The notes under the pieces were generated by a model. That model was not told the origin of the DNA, ran no database searches, and worked only from the letters and a program-made list of their open reading frames with translations. The position numbers and the translations under genes are program-made. A DNA stretch of 64,000 bases, from NCBI GenBank assembly GCA_964464035.1, contig CAYXEN010000005.1:2625-66624 (forward strand), in the 5' to 3' direction. Of this stretch, positions 1 to 9,193 are shown piece after piece; position 1 is the first letter of the stretch, and each line of letters starts with the position of its first letter. Source of the stretch: an uncultured bacterium (GTDB taxonomy: Bacteria; Krumholzibacteriota; Krumholzibacteriia; WVZY01).

Positions 1-1523
1 TCGAAGCCGACCATGTTCTCCACGGTCAAGACGTCATCGTAGTCCAGCCAATAATTCTCGACGGGAGAAAAGTAATGAAAGACGCCCGGCGTCCGCCCAT
101 AGTCCTGTTGCAAGTACGACAGTGATAGAGCGAGACTCCATCCCCTGCTTTCGAACTCGGAATCGAGCCTCACCCTCTCGATCACCGCCCTGCTCCGCTC
201 GTAGACGGGAGCATAGTAATCGAAACGCGATCGTTCGAATTCGAGGGAGAAGAAGCGTCTCTTTTCTCTCCTGAACAGGGAGACATGCACGCGTCGGCTC
301 TTCTGAAAACACTCCTCGATCGCCGTCGGCTCGGCATCCGCGGAAAGCGACAGCGCAGTGGGGGTCGCAAGCATCACGGAATCCCGCGCCGTCTTCTCGA
401 AGGAAGCCCGGCTCCATCCGTAGCCGGCCTTCAAAGAGATCCCGAACGCAAGCCGCATTTTCATCGAGAGCGTCTGTGCCGACCAGTTCTCGTGAACACC
501 GAAAATCGTTCCCCGCATCGTGGAATCCTTCTTGGCGAGGGCAGCAATCAATCCCCGCTGCATACCCATGTTTTTCCTCCGGCCGTATCCCAGTACGAAC
601 GTCCCCGTATCCAGCACGACCTCGCCGCCCATCACGTCTTCGTCGCCGAGACTACGACTCCCGGCGCGGAGAATCACCTCCTTCGCCGCGGACGAATCGA
701 ACGCAGCGACGTCTTCCCTGGATACTTTCGGCGCCGCGTCCGCTCGCCCCCCGCGTCTGTCGGCGTATACGGCGACAAAGCTGATCCGGGCGAGCTTCTG
801 TTTCAACGCGAGGCCTCTCATGCCCAGACCGAACCCGTACCTGTAAGGACCGACTCCGCCGAAGAGATGGAAAGGATCCCGGGAAGTGAACACGGCGTAG
901 TTGTCGAACCCGGTCAAGGTGCCGCCCGATGCCTTCGCCGTGAGGAAGCCCCTGTCGATGATGAACTCGGGATCGAAGTCGTCCAGCCGCCACGATTCGT
1001 CGTGCGTCTTGATAGCGATCCGCGATTCGATTATCTTGCCTTTCGCACCTACATAGACGTCGGCCTCGTGATCCGAGATTTCGCGCCCATCGTCGATCGC
1101 CCCCACCCCTATGCTCCTGCCGGTCACGGTGAAAGGGTTCTTTCCCCCTCCGGGTGAAACTTCTTCGGATTTGATCATCAAGGCCCCACCCCTCTCGATC
1201 AGGTGCAGCAGGGAGCCCTTGTCCGGATCGGCCGGCGGGTTGTCCGGATCCACGATCCACCTGCCGTCGACCACGAATTTGTAGCGATACTTGCCGGGCA
1301 TGAGAAACATCGTCGCGGTGAAGCGCTCACCCTCTTTCATCATCATGTCCACAGTCGGGTTCCAGTTGTTGAAATCACCGACCAGGAACACCTTGCCGGC
1401 ATCCGGCGCCTTCAAGCTGAAGATCACCTCGTCCTCCTCGACTTTCACTCCCGCGCTCGAAGACGCCGCCGCGAGGAGAAAGATTCCCGCCAGTATCACG
1501 ATCTTGCGATCGAGCACGTTCAA
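1..1523 (-). CDS. Partial (C-terminal part lies outside the window) secreted/outer-membrane protein with an N-terminal CBM48 / AMPK-beta glycogen-binding-like E-set domain
   Basis: Hand translation of the minus strand gives an open frame from a TTG at 1523 (GTG 1517, first ATG 1346) to the window edge with no stop. The track omits it because it is an edge ORF. N-terminal signal peptide LNVLDRKIVILAGIFLLAAASSSAG. Motif VFLVGDFNNWNP...KYRYKFVVDGRWIVDPDNP is typical of the CBM48/AMPK1_CBM fold. Its start overlaps the stop of the upstream gene by 4 nt (TTGA). Confidence 0.6.
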   Translation of the reverse strand, partial: MNVLDRKIVILAGIFLLAAASSSAGVKVEEDEVIFSLKAPDAGKVFLVGDFNNWNPTVDMMMKEGERFTATMFLMPGKYRYKFVVDGRWIVDPDNPPADPDKGSLLHLIERGGALMIKSEEVSPGGGKNPFTVTGRSIGVGAIDDGREISDHEADVYVGAKGKIIESRIAIKTHDESWRLDDFDPEFIIDRGFLTAKASGGTLTGFDNYAVFTSRDPFHLFGGVGPYRYGFGLGMRGLALKQKLARISFVAVYADRRGGRADAAPKVSREDVAAFDSSAAKEVILRAGSRSLGDEDVMGGEVVLDTGTFVLGYGRRKNMGMQRGLIAALAKKDSTMRGTIFGVHENWSAQTLSMKMRLAFGISLKAGYGWSRASFEKTARDSVMLATPTALSLSADAEPTAIEECFQKSRRVHVSLFRREKRRFFSLEFERSRFDYYAPVYERSRAVIERVRLDSEFESRGWSLALSLSYLQQDYGRTPGVFHYFSPVENYWLDYDDVLTVENMVGF

Positions 1524-3007
1524 AAGTCACCCCTTATCGACAAAGTGTACGACTTCGAATCATATCCCATGACTGCGAGGTCCGAATCTTCGAGTAGAAA
1601 AGGCGAATCTCCCAGGTACGCCCTGCCGAAACTGAAATATGCATAGATGTGCTGCGTCGGTCTGAACTCGACCCGCATGAACACGGCGTCGTCCACGGAG
1701 GCTCTTTGCGTCAGCACCATGCGGATGTCGAAAGCGAATTCAGGATTCAAGACGATCCTGGAGTCCCAGGCGAAGTTCTTGCTGAAATAATCGGTATCGA
1801 TATCCCGCGCCATGAAATGGATGCCGTTTCGCATATTCTTGCTATGGAAACTCACCGCCCCGAGAACGCGGTTGCTCCTGCTCTCGTCAAGGCGATCGGT
1901 GGTGCTCCTCGTTCCGCCGCGAAAAACGTAATCGATGCCGCCTTTCAATCCGCCGCGCAGCTCGGCTTCCAGGAACTCCGTCTCCTCGTTCTCCGATACC
2001 GTTCTCACCACCCTTCCCGCTTCCAGCTTCCCGTCGAGGAAGACGTCACGTGCATGAACGTAGGCGGCCAACGAGTATCCGACCCCTTCGCGGCTCCGCA
2101 TTCCCAGATCGTCATGGAAGTCGCCCTTGACGGCGAAGTACCGCGGGATGAAATCCAAGACCGCCGCGGAGCCCAGCGGGATGGAATCCAGCCTGGCTTC
2201 GGCGTAGAATGCGCCGGACAGTGGCAGCACGAGGCTGAAATTGTCGCCGAGAAAGCGATCGAAATGGAAGGAACCGCGGGGGAAGAAGAGCCTCTCGTCG
2301 CCCCGGCCGGATTGCCGATAGGAAAGAATGAAAGAGGCCCGCTTGTAGAACCATGTGAGCTCGGTCTTGAAGACGGCCCTGGCCGCTTCTTCGCCGGGGG
2401 TTTCTTCGTACAGATAGGACAGGGAAAAATCGAACGGGTCGAGCGCTGCGGTCGACCTCAAGTACAGTATTCTCGCGGCTTCATCCGATTCTTCACCGAC
2501 GCGCGAGGCGATGGTCCGCAATCCAAGCCGGCCGCGCCATGAAACATCGACCACGGCTCCCAGGTTGTCCCCCATATCATCGATCGAATCGTCGTAGAGC
2601 AGTGGATCCGCCATGTCACCCGTGAAGAACCTCCTCTCGCCCTTGAAGAGGACACCCCGCAAGGCAAGCCCTTTCTCTGAGCGCTCGAACGAGTAATGCC
2701 CCTGTTCCCATTGAAAGACGCTTCGATCGACGAACGTTTCCGAATTCTCCCATCCGGAAGCCCCCTTGAGATACACCGCGCCGAGCTTCCCCAAATCCGC
2801 TTCGAGATCCAGCATCAGCCGGGATCTATTGAGAGGAGTCGAAGTGCCGAGGTTCCATCGGAAAGGCTCGGCGGCATGCTCGGCGTTCAGGTAGTACGTG
2901 AAGACGCCGCCCAGCTTCGCTTGGGGACGGTCGAAGCACAATCCCCGCTCCGGCAGGAAAGAAAGAACCGCCGGAAGCACGAGCAGCAACACCCTCCTAC
3001 TCATCAT
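1520..3007 (-). CDS. Hypothetical outer-membrane beta-barrel-like protein
   Basis: ORF 1520..3067. Best start is ATGATG at 3007, preceded by GGGGGGAAAG. Signal peptide MMSRRVLLLVLPAVLSF. The sequence has alternating aromatic/hydrophilic stretches and ends ...SIRGDF (C-terminal Phe, typical of OMPs). Confidence 0.5.
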   Translation of the reverse strand: MMSRRVLLLVLPAVLSFLPERGLCFDRPQAKLGGVFTYYLNAEHAAEPFRWNLGTSTPLNRSRLMLDLEADLGKLGAVYLKGASGWENSETFVDRSVFQWEQGHYSFERSEKGLALRGVLFKGERRFFTGDMADPLLYDDSIDDMGDNLGAVVDVSWRGRLGLRTIASRVGEESDEAARILYLRSTAALDPFDFSLSYLYEETPGEEAARAVFKTELTWFYKRASFILSYRQSGRGDERLFFPRGSFHFDRFLGDNFSLVLPLSGAFYAEARLDSIPLGSAAVLDFIPRYFAVKGDFHDDLGMRSREGVGYSLAAYVHARDVFLDGKLEAGRVVRTVSENEETEFLEAELRGGLKGGIDYVFRGGTRSTTDRLDESRSNRVLGAVSFHSKNMRNGIHFMARDIDTDYFSKNFAWDSRIVLNPEFAFDIRMVLTQRASVDDAVFMRVEFRPTQHIYAYFSFGRAYLGDSPFLLEDSDLAVMGYDSKSYTLSIRGDF

Positions 3008-3845
3008 CTTTCCCCCCGGGCTCGAAGGAATAACCCACGCTGAGGAGATAGCTTGTTCCCGCCTCACCCTTCGACGAAACGGCGATATCGAAGAACAACT
3101 CGCCCCTTCTTATGCGAAAACCCCCGTTCACGTTCGAACCGTCGACGCCGGAGCGAAGAACGAGGTTTTCGTGCACGTCCGCCTCGAGCCCCACGCGGTT
3201 GCTCCATCGACCGTCTTGCGAGCGGGCACGATCGAACACGATGGTGGCCATGCGCTTCCAGTGGTAGGCGAGGCTCCAGACGTGCGTCCTTTCCAGCCTC
3301 GTCGACGTGCCGCCGGAGATCAAGTCGAACTCGCCGGGGATGACGTTTCGCACGACGTAGCCGATGCCGATGATCGGGAAGGGACGAAGGAGGACACCGA
3401 GGGACCCCGTCACAAGGGAGCCGGACTCGTGGTACCGGTCGGCGAAAGAGACCGAGGCCAAGTCGATCGTGCCTCCGAACGAGAGCGAGGCGTCCTGGCT
3501 GGTTCGAATGTAGTCCCAGGCGAAACCCAGGCTGAAGAGATTCTCCGATTCCACGCCCCTCAGCGCCAGCCGATGCCAGGCAATACCCGCCCTGGCGCCC
3601 CCCACCGGAACCGTGCAGGCGAAGGCAGTTTCATCGAGGCCATCCACGCCGTAAGGCCGCGTCGCGGTCGCAAGAAACGAAAAGCCGGCTACACTGGTCA
3701 TTCCGGCGGGATTGTAGAGAAGCGCCGAAGGATCGTCGGCCACCCCGGTGAAGGCCCCTCCCAAAGCCGCTGCGCGCGACGACACCACCAGCCTCTCGAA
3801 AAAGGCATCCGCGTGAAGCGGCAGAAAGAGGATCGCCGTGAACAT
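2997..3845 (-). CDS. FadL/PorV-like (UPF0164-type N-terminal motif) outer-membrane beta-barrel protein
   Basis: ORF 2997..4274. The upstream part overlaps the previous gene, so the start is placed at ATG 3845 (MFTAILFLPLHADAFF signal peptide); GTG 3869 is an alternative. Motif AALGGAFTGVADDPSALLYNPAGMT matches the conserved N-terminus of FadL/OMPP1/PorV-type barrels. Confidence 0.5.
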   Translation of the reverse strand: MFTAILFLPLHADAFFERLVVSSRAAALGGAFTGVADDPSALLYNPAGMTSVAGFSFLATATRPYGVDGLDETAFACTVPVGGARAGIAWHRLALRGVESENLFSLGFAWDYIRTSQDASLSFGGTIDLASVSFADRYHESGSLVTGSLGVLLRPFPIIGIGYVVRNVIPGEFDLISGGTSTRLERTHVWSLAYHWKRMATIVFDRARSQDGRWSNRVGLEADVHENLVLRSGVDGSNVNGGFRIRRGELFFDIAVSSKGEAGTSYLLSVGYSFEPGGKDDE

Positions 3846-3889
3846 CAGAAGAGCCCTGATTCCGGTCACCGCTTTCAATTCGAACCTGT

Positions 3890-5029
3890 CTACCTGATGA
3901 GCGCAAAAGCTTTTCTGGCGATCTGCGATCGCCCGCGGCCGCTCGAAGAGATCTCGAGTACTATCATGTAGATGCCTCCGGCGGCCGGGGAGCCTCCGGC
4001 GTCCCTTCCATCCCAGGCGCTGCTCAACGTGCCCGAGTTGCCGGTTTTCAGCTCCCTGCCGCTGAATAGAACCCGGACCAATCTTCCCGAGGAAGAGAAT
4101 ATCGACGCACTCGCGAGCGCCGTTGCCCCGCCGCCTCCCGCCGACGAGACCTTGAAGCGTATCTTCTCTCCCTTGTCCGGAGAAAAAACTTTCCTGTCGA
4201 TCCGCAGGTTCACTTGCGGCGAATAGGCTTCTCCGGTATTGATCCTCGCGAACGAAACTGCATCCCTGGGACACGATCCCACATCGAGAAAGCCGTCGCC
4301 GTCCCGATCGAGCTCCACATCAAGGAAGTTGTCGAGGGTCGCCGTTCGGGTGGAATCGCTGTCCAGTATGATGCCGGAGTCCGGGGCTACGTCACCGACG
4401 CCGGTTCCGTCGCCCCCTGATATGCAAGCGAGCAACCGCAGGCGCATGTTCCGCCTCGGAAGTTGCAGGGCGCCTCCTGCAAGAACGAAATCCCCCAGTT
4501 CGCTCCAGGGGACCACGGCTTCGAATCCTCCCGGCACAGACGTCCCTGTGCCGAAGGCCGCTTCGAAATCCTCTCCGTCTTCTAACACGTCGGTTCCCGT
4601 GCATGAAACCACGGCGGCTTCGGACGTCCCGCCCGGTCGGTGATGCCACAAGAGCAGGTCGACGGAAAGATTCGTGAGGACGATGTTTCTTCGCAGGAGT
4701 CGAAAATCTGAAAGATCACCCAGCCCGCCGCAAGACAGGTCGCAGAGAACGATAACGGTTCCATCGGCGACTCGAGCGTTAACTCCTATGTATAGATTGT
4801 AGTCGTCCCACGTCAGCGCAATCCTTTTTATGTCGTTGTTCGATCCCCACCGGGAATCGTTTCCGGTCTCGATCACGCTCGTGGAGTCGTCGAGCACCCA
4901 CTCGCACCGGCTGTATTCATCCAGTATTCCATCAGGGTGTACGCGATCCCGAATATCGTGCCCGGTTTGGGCAGAGGAAACTGTAGGCAAGCAGACGAGG
5001 AGCAGAATCAGCGAGAGACGGGGCGGCAT
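3890..5029 (-). CDS. Secreted protein with T9SS-type / FlgD-Ig-like C-terminal sorting domain
   Basis: Signal peptide MPPRLSLILLLVCLPTVSSA. C-terminal ~75 aa (…GRLVRVLFSGRELKTGNSGTLSSAWDGRDAGGSPAAGGIYMIVLEI…ALIR) fits the Por-secretion CTD pattern (G-x-h-h-W-[DN]-G-x-[DN]-x-x-G-x-x-V-x-x-G-[IV]-Y). Confidence 0.5.
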   Translation of the reverse strand: MPPRLSLILLLVCLPTVSSAQTGHDIRDRVHPDGILDEYSRCEWVLDDSTSVIETGNDSRWGSNNDIKRIALTWDDYNLYIGVNARVADGTVIVLCDLSCGGLGDLSDFRLLRRNIVLTNLSVDLLLWHHRPGGTSEAAVVSCTGTDVLEDGEDFEAAFGTGTSVPGGFEAVVPWSELGDFVLAGGALQLPRRNMRLRLLACISGGDGTGVGDVAPDSGIILDSDSTRTATLDNFLDVELDRDGDGFLDVGSCPRDAVSFARINTGEAYSPQVNLRIDRKVFSPDKGEKIRFKVSSAGGGGATALASASIFSSSGRLVRVLFSGRELKTGNSGTLSSAWDGRDAGGSPAAGGIYMIVLEISSSGRGRSQIARKAFALIR

Positions 5030-5031
5030 CT

Positions 5032-5520
5032 CTACGGGCTTCCTTCCGATTCGTCCAGGCGCTTGAGGCCCTCGAGCATCAAGTGATCAAGAGGTATATC
5101 TATGGAAATCTCCAGCGCCTTGGGTTTCCTGCCTTGTTTGAAAGCGAACTTTCCCACGCGCCACTTGACGACTTCGTAGACGACTTCCTTGATCTGCTCT
5201 TCCAGTGCATGTTTCAGCACCTTCTCATCGAGCACGCCCTCATCCATGAGTACGCGCCCGATTTTCTTCTTGCTCGTCTTCTTCGCAAGGGCCCTTTCGA
5301 GCTGGTCGTCCGATATATATCCTTCACGCACCAGGTATTCACCCAGCCTGGTCGGCCTGTCCGCTATCTCCGCGAAGGTGAGCTTGCCTTGATCGAAATA
5401 GACGGAAGCCCTGTTGTCCTTTTTCTCGAGAATGAGTTCGCCCGTGCACATGGCGAGATTCAGGATCTGGAAAACGAAGATGGGTTCGAACACACCTAGA
5501 TTGCCTCTCAGGTCCATCAT
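5032..5520 (-). CDS. DUF4388-like plus GspE-N-terminal (T2SSE_N) repeat domain protein
   Basis: ORF 5032..5952. The 5' part is Arg-rich and overlaps the next gene, so the real start is taken as MMDLRG at 5520 (ATGA overlap with the upstream stop). Repeats LGEYLVREGYISDDQLERALAKK and IGRVLMDEGVLDEKVLKHALEEQ resemble T2SSE_N. Confidence 0.45.
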   Translation of the reverse strand: MMDLRGNLGVFEPIFVFQILNLAMCTGELILEKKDNRASVYFDQGKLTFAEIADRPTRLGEYLVREGYISDDQLERALAKKTSKKKIGRVLMDEGVLDEKVLKHALEEQIKEVVYEVVKWRVGKFAFKQGRKPKALEISIDIPLDHLMLEGLKRLDESEGSP

Positions 5521-6380
5521 TTCACCTTTGCCTTGATCATTTTCCAGCCTATGAGTGTCTGTGAAACCACCACGCTGCCGAATACCAATCCTAGCACCCC
5601 GAAGAATATGCCGCCAGATGCATATTCGGCCGGAATGACTCCCATCGCCCCGAGAATGATCATGATAACAGCGATGGCCTGAAGAACTCCAACTATTTTT
5701 CCGACGGGAGTAGCCTTGAAATCGATCGGGCCATGGCGGAAGAACAGGACGACGGATCCGACGATAAGGTGAAGATACCTGAAAAGAAGTACCAGGAACA
5801 GCCATACGGGAACCAGCCCCATCACCGCGAGAGTCAGAAACACGAAACCGGTGGAGAAGACGTCGGCAAGCGGGTCCATCACCACTCCGAAGCGAGTGAT
5901 TTCGCCCCTCTTTCTCGCCAGCATTCCATCTATGACGTCGGTCAGGACGCACAACGCGTAGGTCAGGACCGCCGCTTGGAACCGTCGCTGGTACAGAAAA
6001 ACCACGGCGGGCGCTATGAGCAGAACCCTGGCTATCGTCAAGCGATTGGGCAACAGAAGGCCTCGAGTCGTCCCCCTGTCGTTCGGCTTCATCAAGCTCA
6101 CGTGAGCAAGGATCCAGAGGAGAATGAGCAGCGAGGCTGCAAGAGTCGAAAGCAGGAACGGGAGGAACCCCCGCCAGCCGGACGGCATATAGAGGATCAC
6201 CGCCGCGGTCTCCACGACGAGCAGAAAAGACAGGACGAAGCAGACTATGGATCGCGCCAGGGCCTGATCGGCTCTTACGTTTCCCACCGATTCGCGCACG
6301 CAGCGGCGCGCGTAGCGGGCAATGGATCCTATCGTCTTGTCATCCTCTTGCAGCTCGGTGCGAGCCTTCCTGGACAGCAT
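5517..6380 (-). CDS. CDP-alcohol phosphatidyltransferase family protein (PgsA-like) with ~55-aa N-terminal extension
   Basis: Motif DVIDGMLARKRGEITRFGVVMDPLADV matches D-G-x2-A-R-x7-8-G-x3-D-x3-D. Multiple TM helices. Confidence 0.7.
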   Translation of the reverse strand: MLSRKARTELQEDDKTIGSIARYARRCVRESVGNVRADQALARSIVCFVLSFLLVVETAAVILYMPSGWRGFLPFLLSTLAASLLILLWILAHVSLMKPNDRGTTRGLLLPNRLTIARVLLIAPAVVFLYQRRFQAAVLTYALCVLTDVIDGMLARKRGEITRFGVVMDPLADVFSTGFVFLTLAVMGLVPVWLFLVLLFRYLHLIVGSVVLFFRHGPIDFKATPVGKIVGVLQAIAVIMIILGAMGVIPAEYASGGIFFGVLGLVFGSVVVSQTLIGWKMIKAKVK

Positions 6381-6407
6381 TATCCCGCCTGGAGCGATCG
6401 GACAATC

Positions 6408-9053
6408 CTAGAGCGAAGCCTGCGCGGCGGCAAGCCTGGCTACCGGCACCCTGAAAGGGGAGCAGCTGACATAGTCCAACCCGGTTTCATGGCAGAAGCG
6501 GATCGAATCCGGGTCGCCGCCGTGTTCCCCGCAGATGCCCAACTTCAGCTTCTGATTCGTTTTTCTCCCGGCTTGCACCGCCATCTTCACCAATGTGCCG
6601 ACGCCGGCCGTGTCGAGGGACTCGAACGGGTCGCCGGGCAGGATGCCTTCGCTTATGTACTCGTTGAGGAACTTGCCGGAATCATCCCTGCTGTAGCCGA
6701 AGGTCATTTGCGTCAAGTCGTTCGTCCCGAAGCTGAAGAAATCCGCAACCGATGCGATCTCTCCGGCCGTGAGAGCCGCCCTCGGCACCTCGATCATGGT
6801 ACCCACCAGATAAGAGATGTCGACCTTCCTCTTCGAAAGTATCTCGTTCGCGATTCTCTCGACCAATCCGCGAAGGATCGCGAGCTCCTCCCTGGTCCCG
6901 ACGAGGGGAATCATTATCTCAGGCTTGACATCGACGCCCTTGGCCTTGGCCTCGCAGGCGGCTTCGATTATAGCCTGAACCTGGATCTCATATATCTCCG
7001 GAAACGTTATCCCCAGCCTGCAGCCGCGGTGCCCAAGCATCGGATTGAACTCGTGCAGAGCTTCCACCTTCTTGCGAAGCGATTCCTCGTCGAGTCCCGT
7101 CTCCCGGGCGACCGCCGCTATTTCTTCCGCGCTTTTGGGGAGAAACTCGTGCAGAGGAGGATCCAGCAGGCGGATGGTCACGGGCAACCCGTCCATCGCT
7201 TCGAAGACGCCTATGAAATCGGCCCGCTGCATGGGAAGTATCTTCTGGAGCGCTTCGAGCCTCTCTTCCCTAGTATGGGCCATTATCATCTGCCTTACGA
7301 CCGGGATCCTCTCCTCCTTGAAGAACATGTGCTCGGTTCGAGCAAGGCCTATCCCTTCCGCCCCGAACTTGCGGGCGTTGCGCGCGTCCTCAGGCGTATC
7401 CGCATTCGCCCTCACGCCGAGCTTCCTGAACTCGTCGACCCAAGTCATGAAAGTCCCATAATCCTCGTCGAGAACCGGGTCCACGGTGGGAAGCTTTCCC
7501 TTGTAGACGGTACCGTCGGTTCCGTTCAAGGCTATGTACTCGCCGGCTTTCACGATTTCTTCGCCCACGCGGAACACGCCTGCCCCGTAATCCACGGAGA
7601 TGGCGCTGCACCCCACGATGCAGCACTTGCCCATCCCCCGGGCGACGACGGCGGCATGCGACGTCATTCCACCTCTCGCCGTCAAGATGGCCTCCGCTGC
7701 TTTCATGCCCTCGATGTCCTCGGGAGAAGTTTCGACGCGGACCAGAATGACCTTTTCCCCCTTCGCGGTCAGCTCCAGGGCATCATCGACGGAAAAGGCG
7801 ACTCTCCCCGTCGCCGCTCCCGGCGAAGCGGGAAGGCCCTTGGCCAGGGGCACGGCCTGCACGCCGGGATCGATCATGGGATGGAGCAGCTGCTCGAGCT
7901 GCCCCGGCTCCACTCGCGTTATCGCGGTCTTCTCGTCGATCAATCCTTCCCTCACCATGTCCACGGCTATCTTCACGGCGGCTCTTCCCGTCCGTTTTCC
8001 GTTGCGGGTCTGGAGGATCCAGAGCTTGCCCTTCTGGATGGTGAACTCGATGTCCTGCATGTCGCGGTAGTGTTCCTCGAGTTTCTTGTATATCGCTTCC
8101 AGTTCACCGTAGACTTCGGGCATCCTGCGTTCGAGGCTGTCCTCGGCCTCGGTTCCCGAAGACGAGTTGATCGGGAGAGGCGTCCTTATCCCGGCGACGA
8201 CGTCCTCTCCCTGCGCGTTGGGGAGATACTCCCCGAAGAATTTCTTCTCGCCGGTCGCAGGATCACGAGTGAAGGCGACGCCGGTGGCGCAGTCGTCTCC
8301 CATGTTTCCGAAAACCATGGTCTGTACGTTCACTGCCGTACCCCAGTGATCCGGTATCTTGTTCATCTTCCGATAGGCGATCGCCCGCTTGTTGTTCCAG
8401 GAATTGAAGACCGCCGCCACCGCGCCCCACAATTGCGCCTCCGGATCCTCGGGGAACGGTTCTCCCCTTTCCTCGACCGCGACCCGCTTGAATTCGGCGA
8501 CCAGGGCCTTCAGGCTGTCCTGGTCGAGCTCGAAATCGTTCTTCACTCCCTTCTCCGCTTTCTTGGCCTCGAGAAGCTTCTCGAAACGCTCGGAATCGAT
8601 CCCGAGGACGACGTTGCCGTACATCTGCACGAATCGGCGGTAGCTGTCGTAGGCGAAACGAGAGTCGCCCGTGGCCGAGATCAGTCCCTCCACCGTATGA
8701 TCGTTCAGACCGAGATTGAGTACGGTATCCATCATGCCGGGCATCGATACCCTCGCTCCCGAGCGGACGGATACGAGCAGGGGGTTCTTGCCGTCACCGA
8801 ATCCGCTTCCCATCACCTTCTCCAACTTGGCCAGGTTGGCGGCCACTTCCTCTTTCAAGCCGTCGGGGAACTTGCCCCCCGAATCCATGAAATACGTGCA
8901 GGCCTCGGTCGAAATGGTGAACCCGGGAGGGACGGGAATACCAAGATTGGTCATCTCGGCGACATTGGCTCCCTTGCCACCCAGCTTGTCCCGCATCTTT
9001 GCACTGCCCTCGGCCTTCCCGTCGCCGAAGAAATAGACGTATTTCGCAGCCAT
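6408..9053 (-). CDS. ppdK: Pyruvate, phosphate dikinase
   Basis: 881 aa. N-terminus MAAKYVYFFGDGKAEGSAKMRDKLGGKGANVAEMTNLGIPVPPGFTISTEAC is a classic PPDK start. PEP-utilizing and swivelling domains are present. AAGGAG lies 9 nt upstream of the ATG. Confidence 0.95.
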   Translation of the reverse strand: MAAKYVYFFGDGKAEGSAKMRDKLGGKGANVAEMTNLGIPVPPGFTISTEACTYFMDSGGKFPDGLKEEVAANLAKLEKVMGSGFGDGKNPLLVSVRSGARVSMPGMMDTVLNLGLNDHTVEGLISATGDSRFAYDSYRRFVQMYGNVVLGIDSERFEKLLEAKKAEKGVKNDFELDQDSLKALVAEFKRVAVEERGEPFPEDPEAQLWGAVAAVFNSWNNKRAIAYRKMNKIPDHWGTAVNVQTMVFGNMGDDCATGVAFTRDPATGEKKFFGEYLPNAQGEDVVAGIRTPLPINSSSGTEAEDSLERRMPEVYGELEAIYKKLEEHYRDMQDIEFTIQKGKLWILQTRNGKRTGRAAVKIAVDMVREGLIDEKTAITRVEPGQLEQLLHPMIDPGVQAVPLAKGLPASPGAATGRVAFSVDDALELTAKGEKVILVRVETSPEDIEGMKAAEAILTARGGMTSHAAVVARGMGKCCIVGCSAISVDYGAGVFRVGEEIVKAGEYIALNGTDGTVYKGKLPTVDPVLDEDYGTFMTWVDEFRKLGVRANADTPEDARNARKFGAEGIGLARTEHMFFKEERIPVVRQMIMAHTREERLEALQKILPMQRADFIGVFEAMDGLPVTIRLLDPPLHEFLPKSAEEIAAVARETGLDEESLRKKVEALHEFNPMLGHRGCRLGITFPEIYEIQVQAIIEAACEAKAKGVDVKPEIMIPLVGTREELAILRGLVERIANEILSKRKVDISYLVGTMIEVPRAALTAGEIASVADFFSFGTNDLTQMTFGYSRDDSGKFLNEYISEGILPGDPFESLDTAGVGTLVKMAVQAGRKTNQKLKLGICGEHGGDPDSIRFCHETGLDYVSCSPFRVPVARLAAAQASL

Positions 9054-9193
9054 GCTACATGCTCCTTTTCTCGAATTCCGCTTGGACGCGCCTCACGCGC
9101 GACCCACGCAAAAAAAACCGGCGAGCAAAACTCATTCTCCACCTAGTCAGCCGAACCTCGAGGGTCCAAGGATAATTTCGATCGGGATTCCGT

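Noticed and set aside
285-1260. ORFs 285..1157 (+), 652..1260 (-), 34..417 (-)
   Set aside because: All are off-frame or antisense within the edge gene 1..1523 (minus), which translates cleanly with recognizable domains. The listed ORFs are Arg-rich.
5733-9146. 1137-aa plus-strand ORF
   Set aside because: Antisense to ppdK and neighbours. Arg/Gly/His-rich low-complexity translation typical of the reverse frame of GC-rich genes. No domain pattern.
9054-9193. T8 run (minus strand) between the S8 protease stop and the ppdK start as a possible terminator
   Set aside because: No convincing GC-rich stem precedes the T-run. It more likely belongs to the ppdK promoter/UTR.
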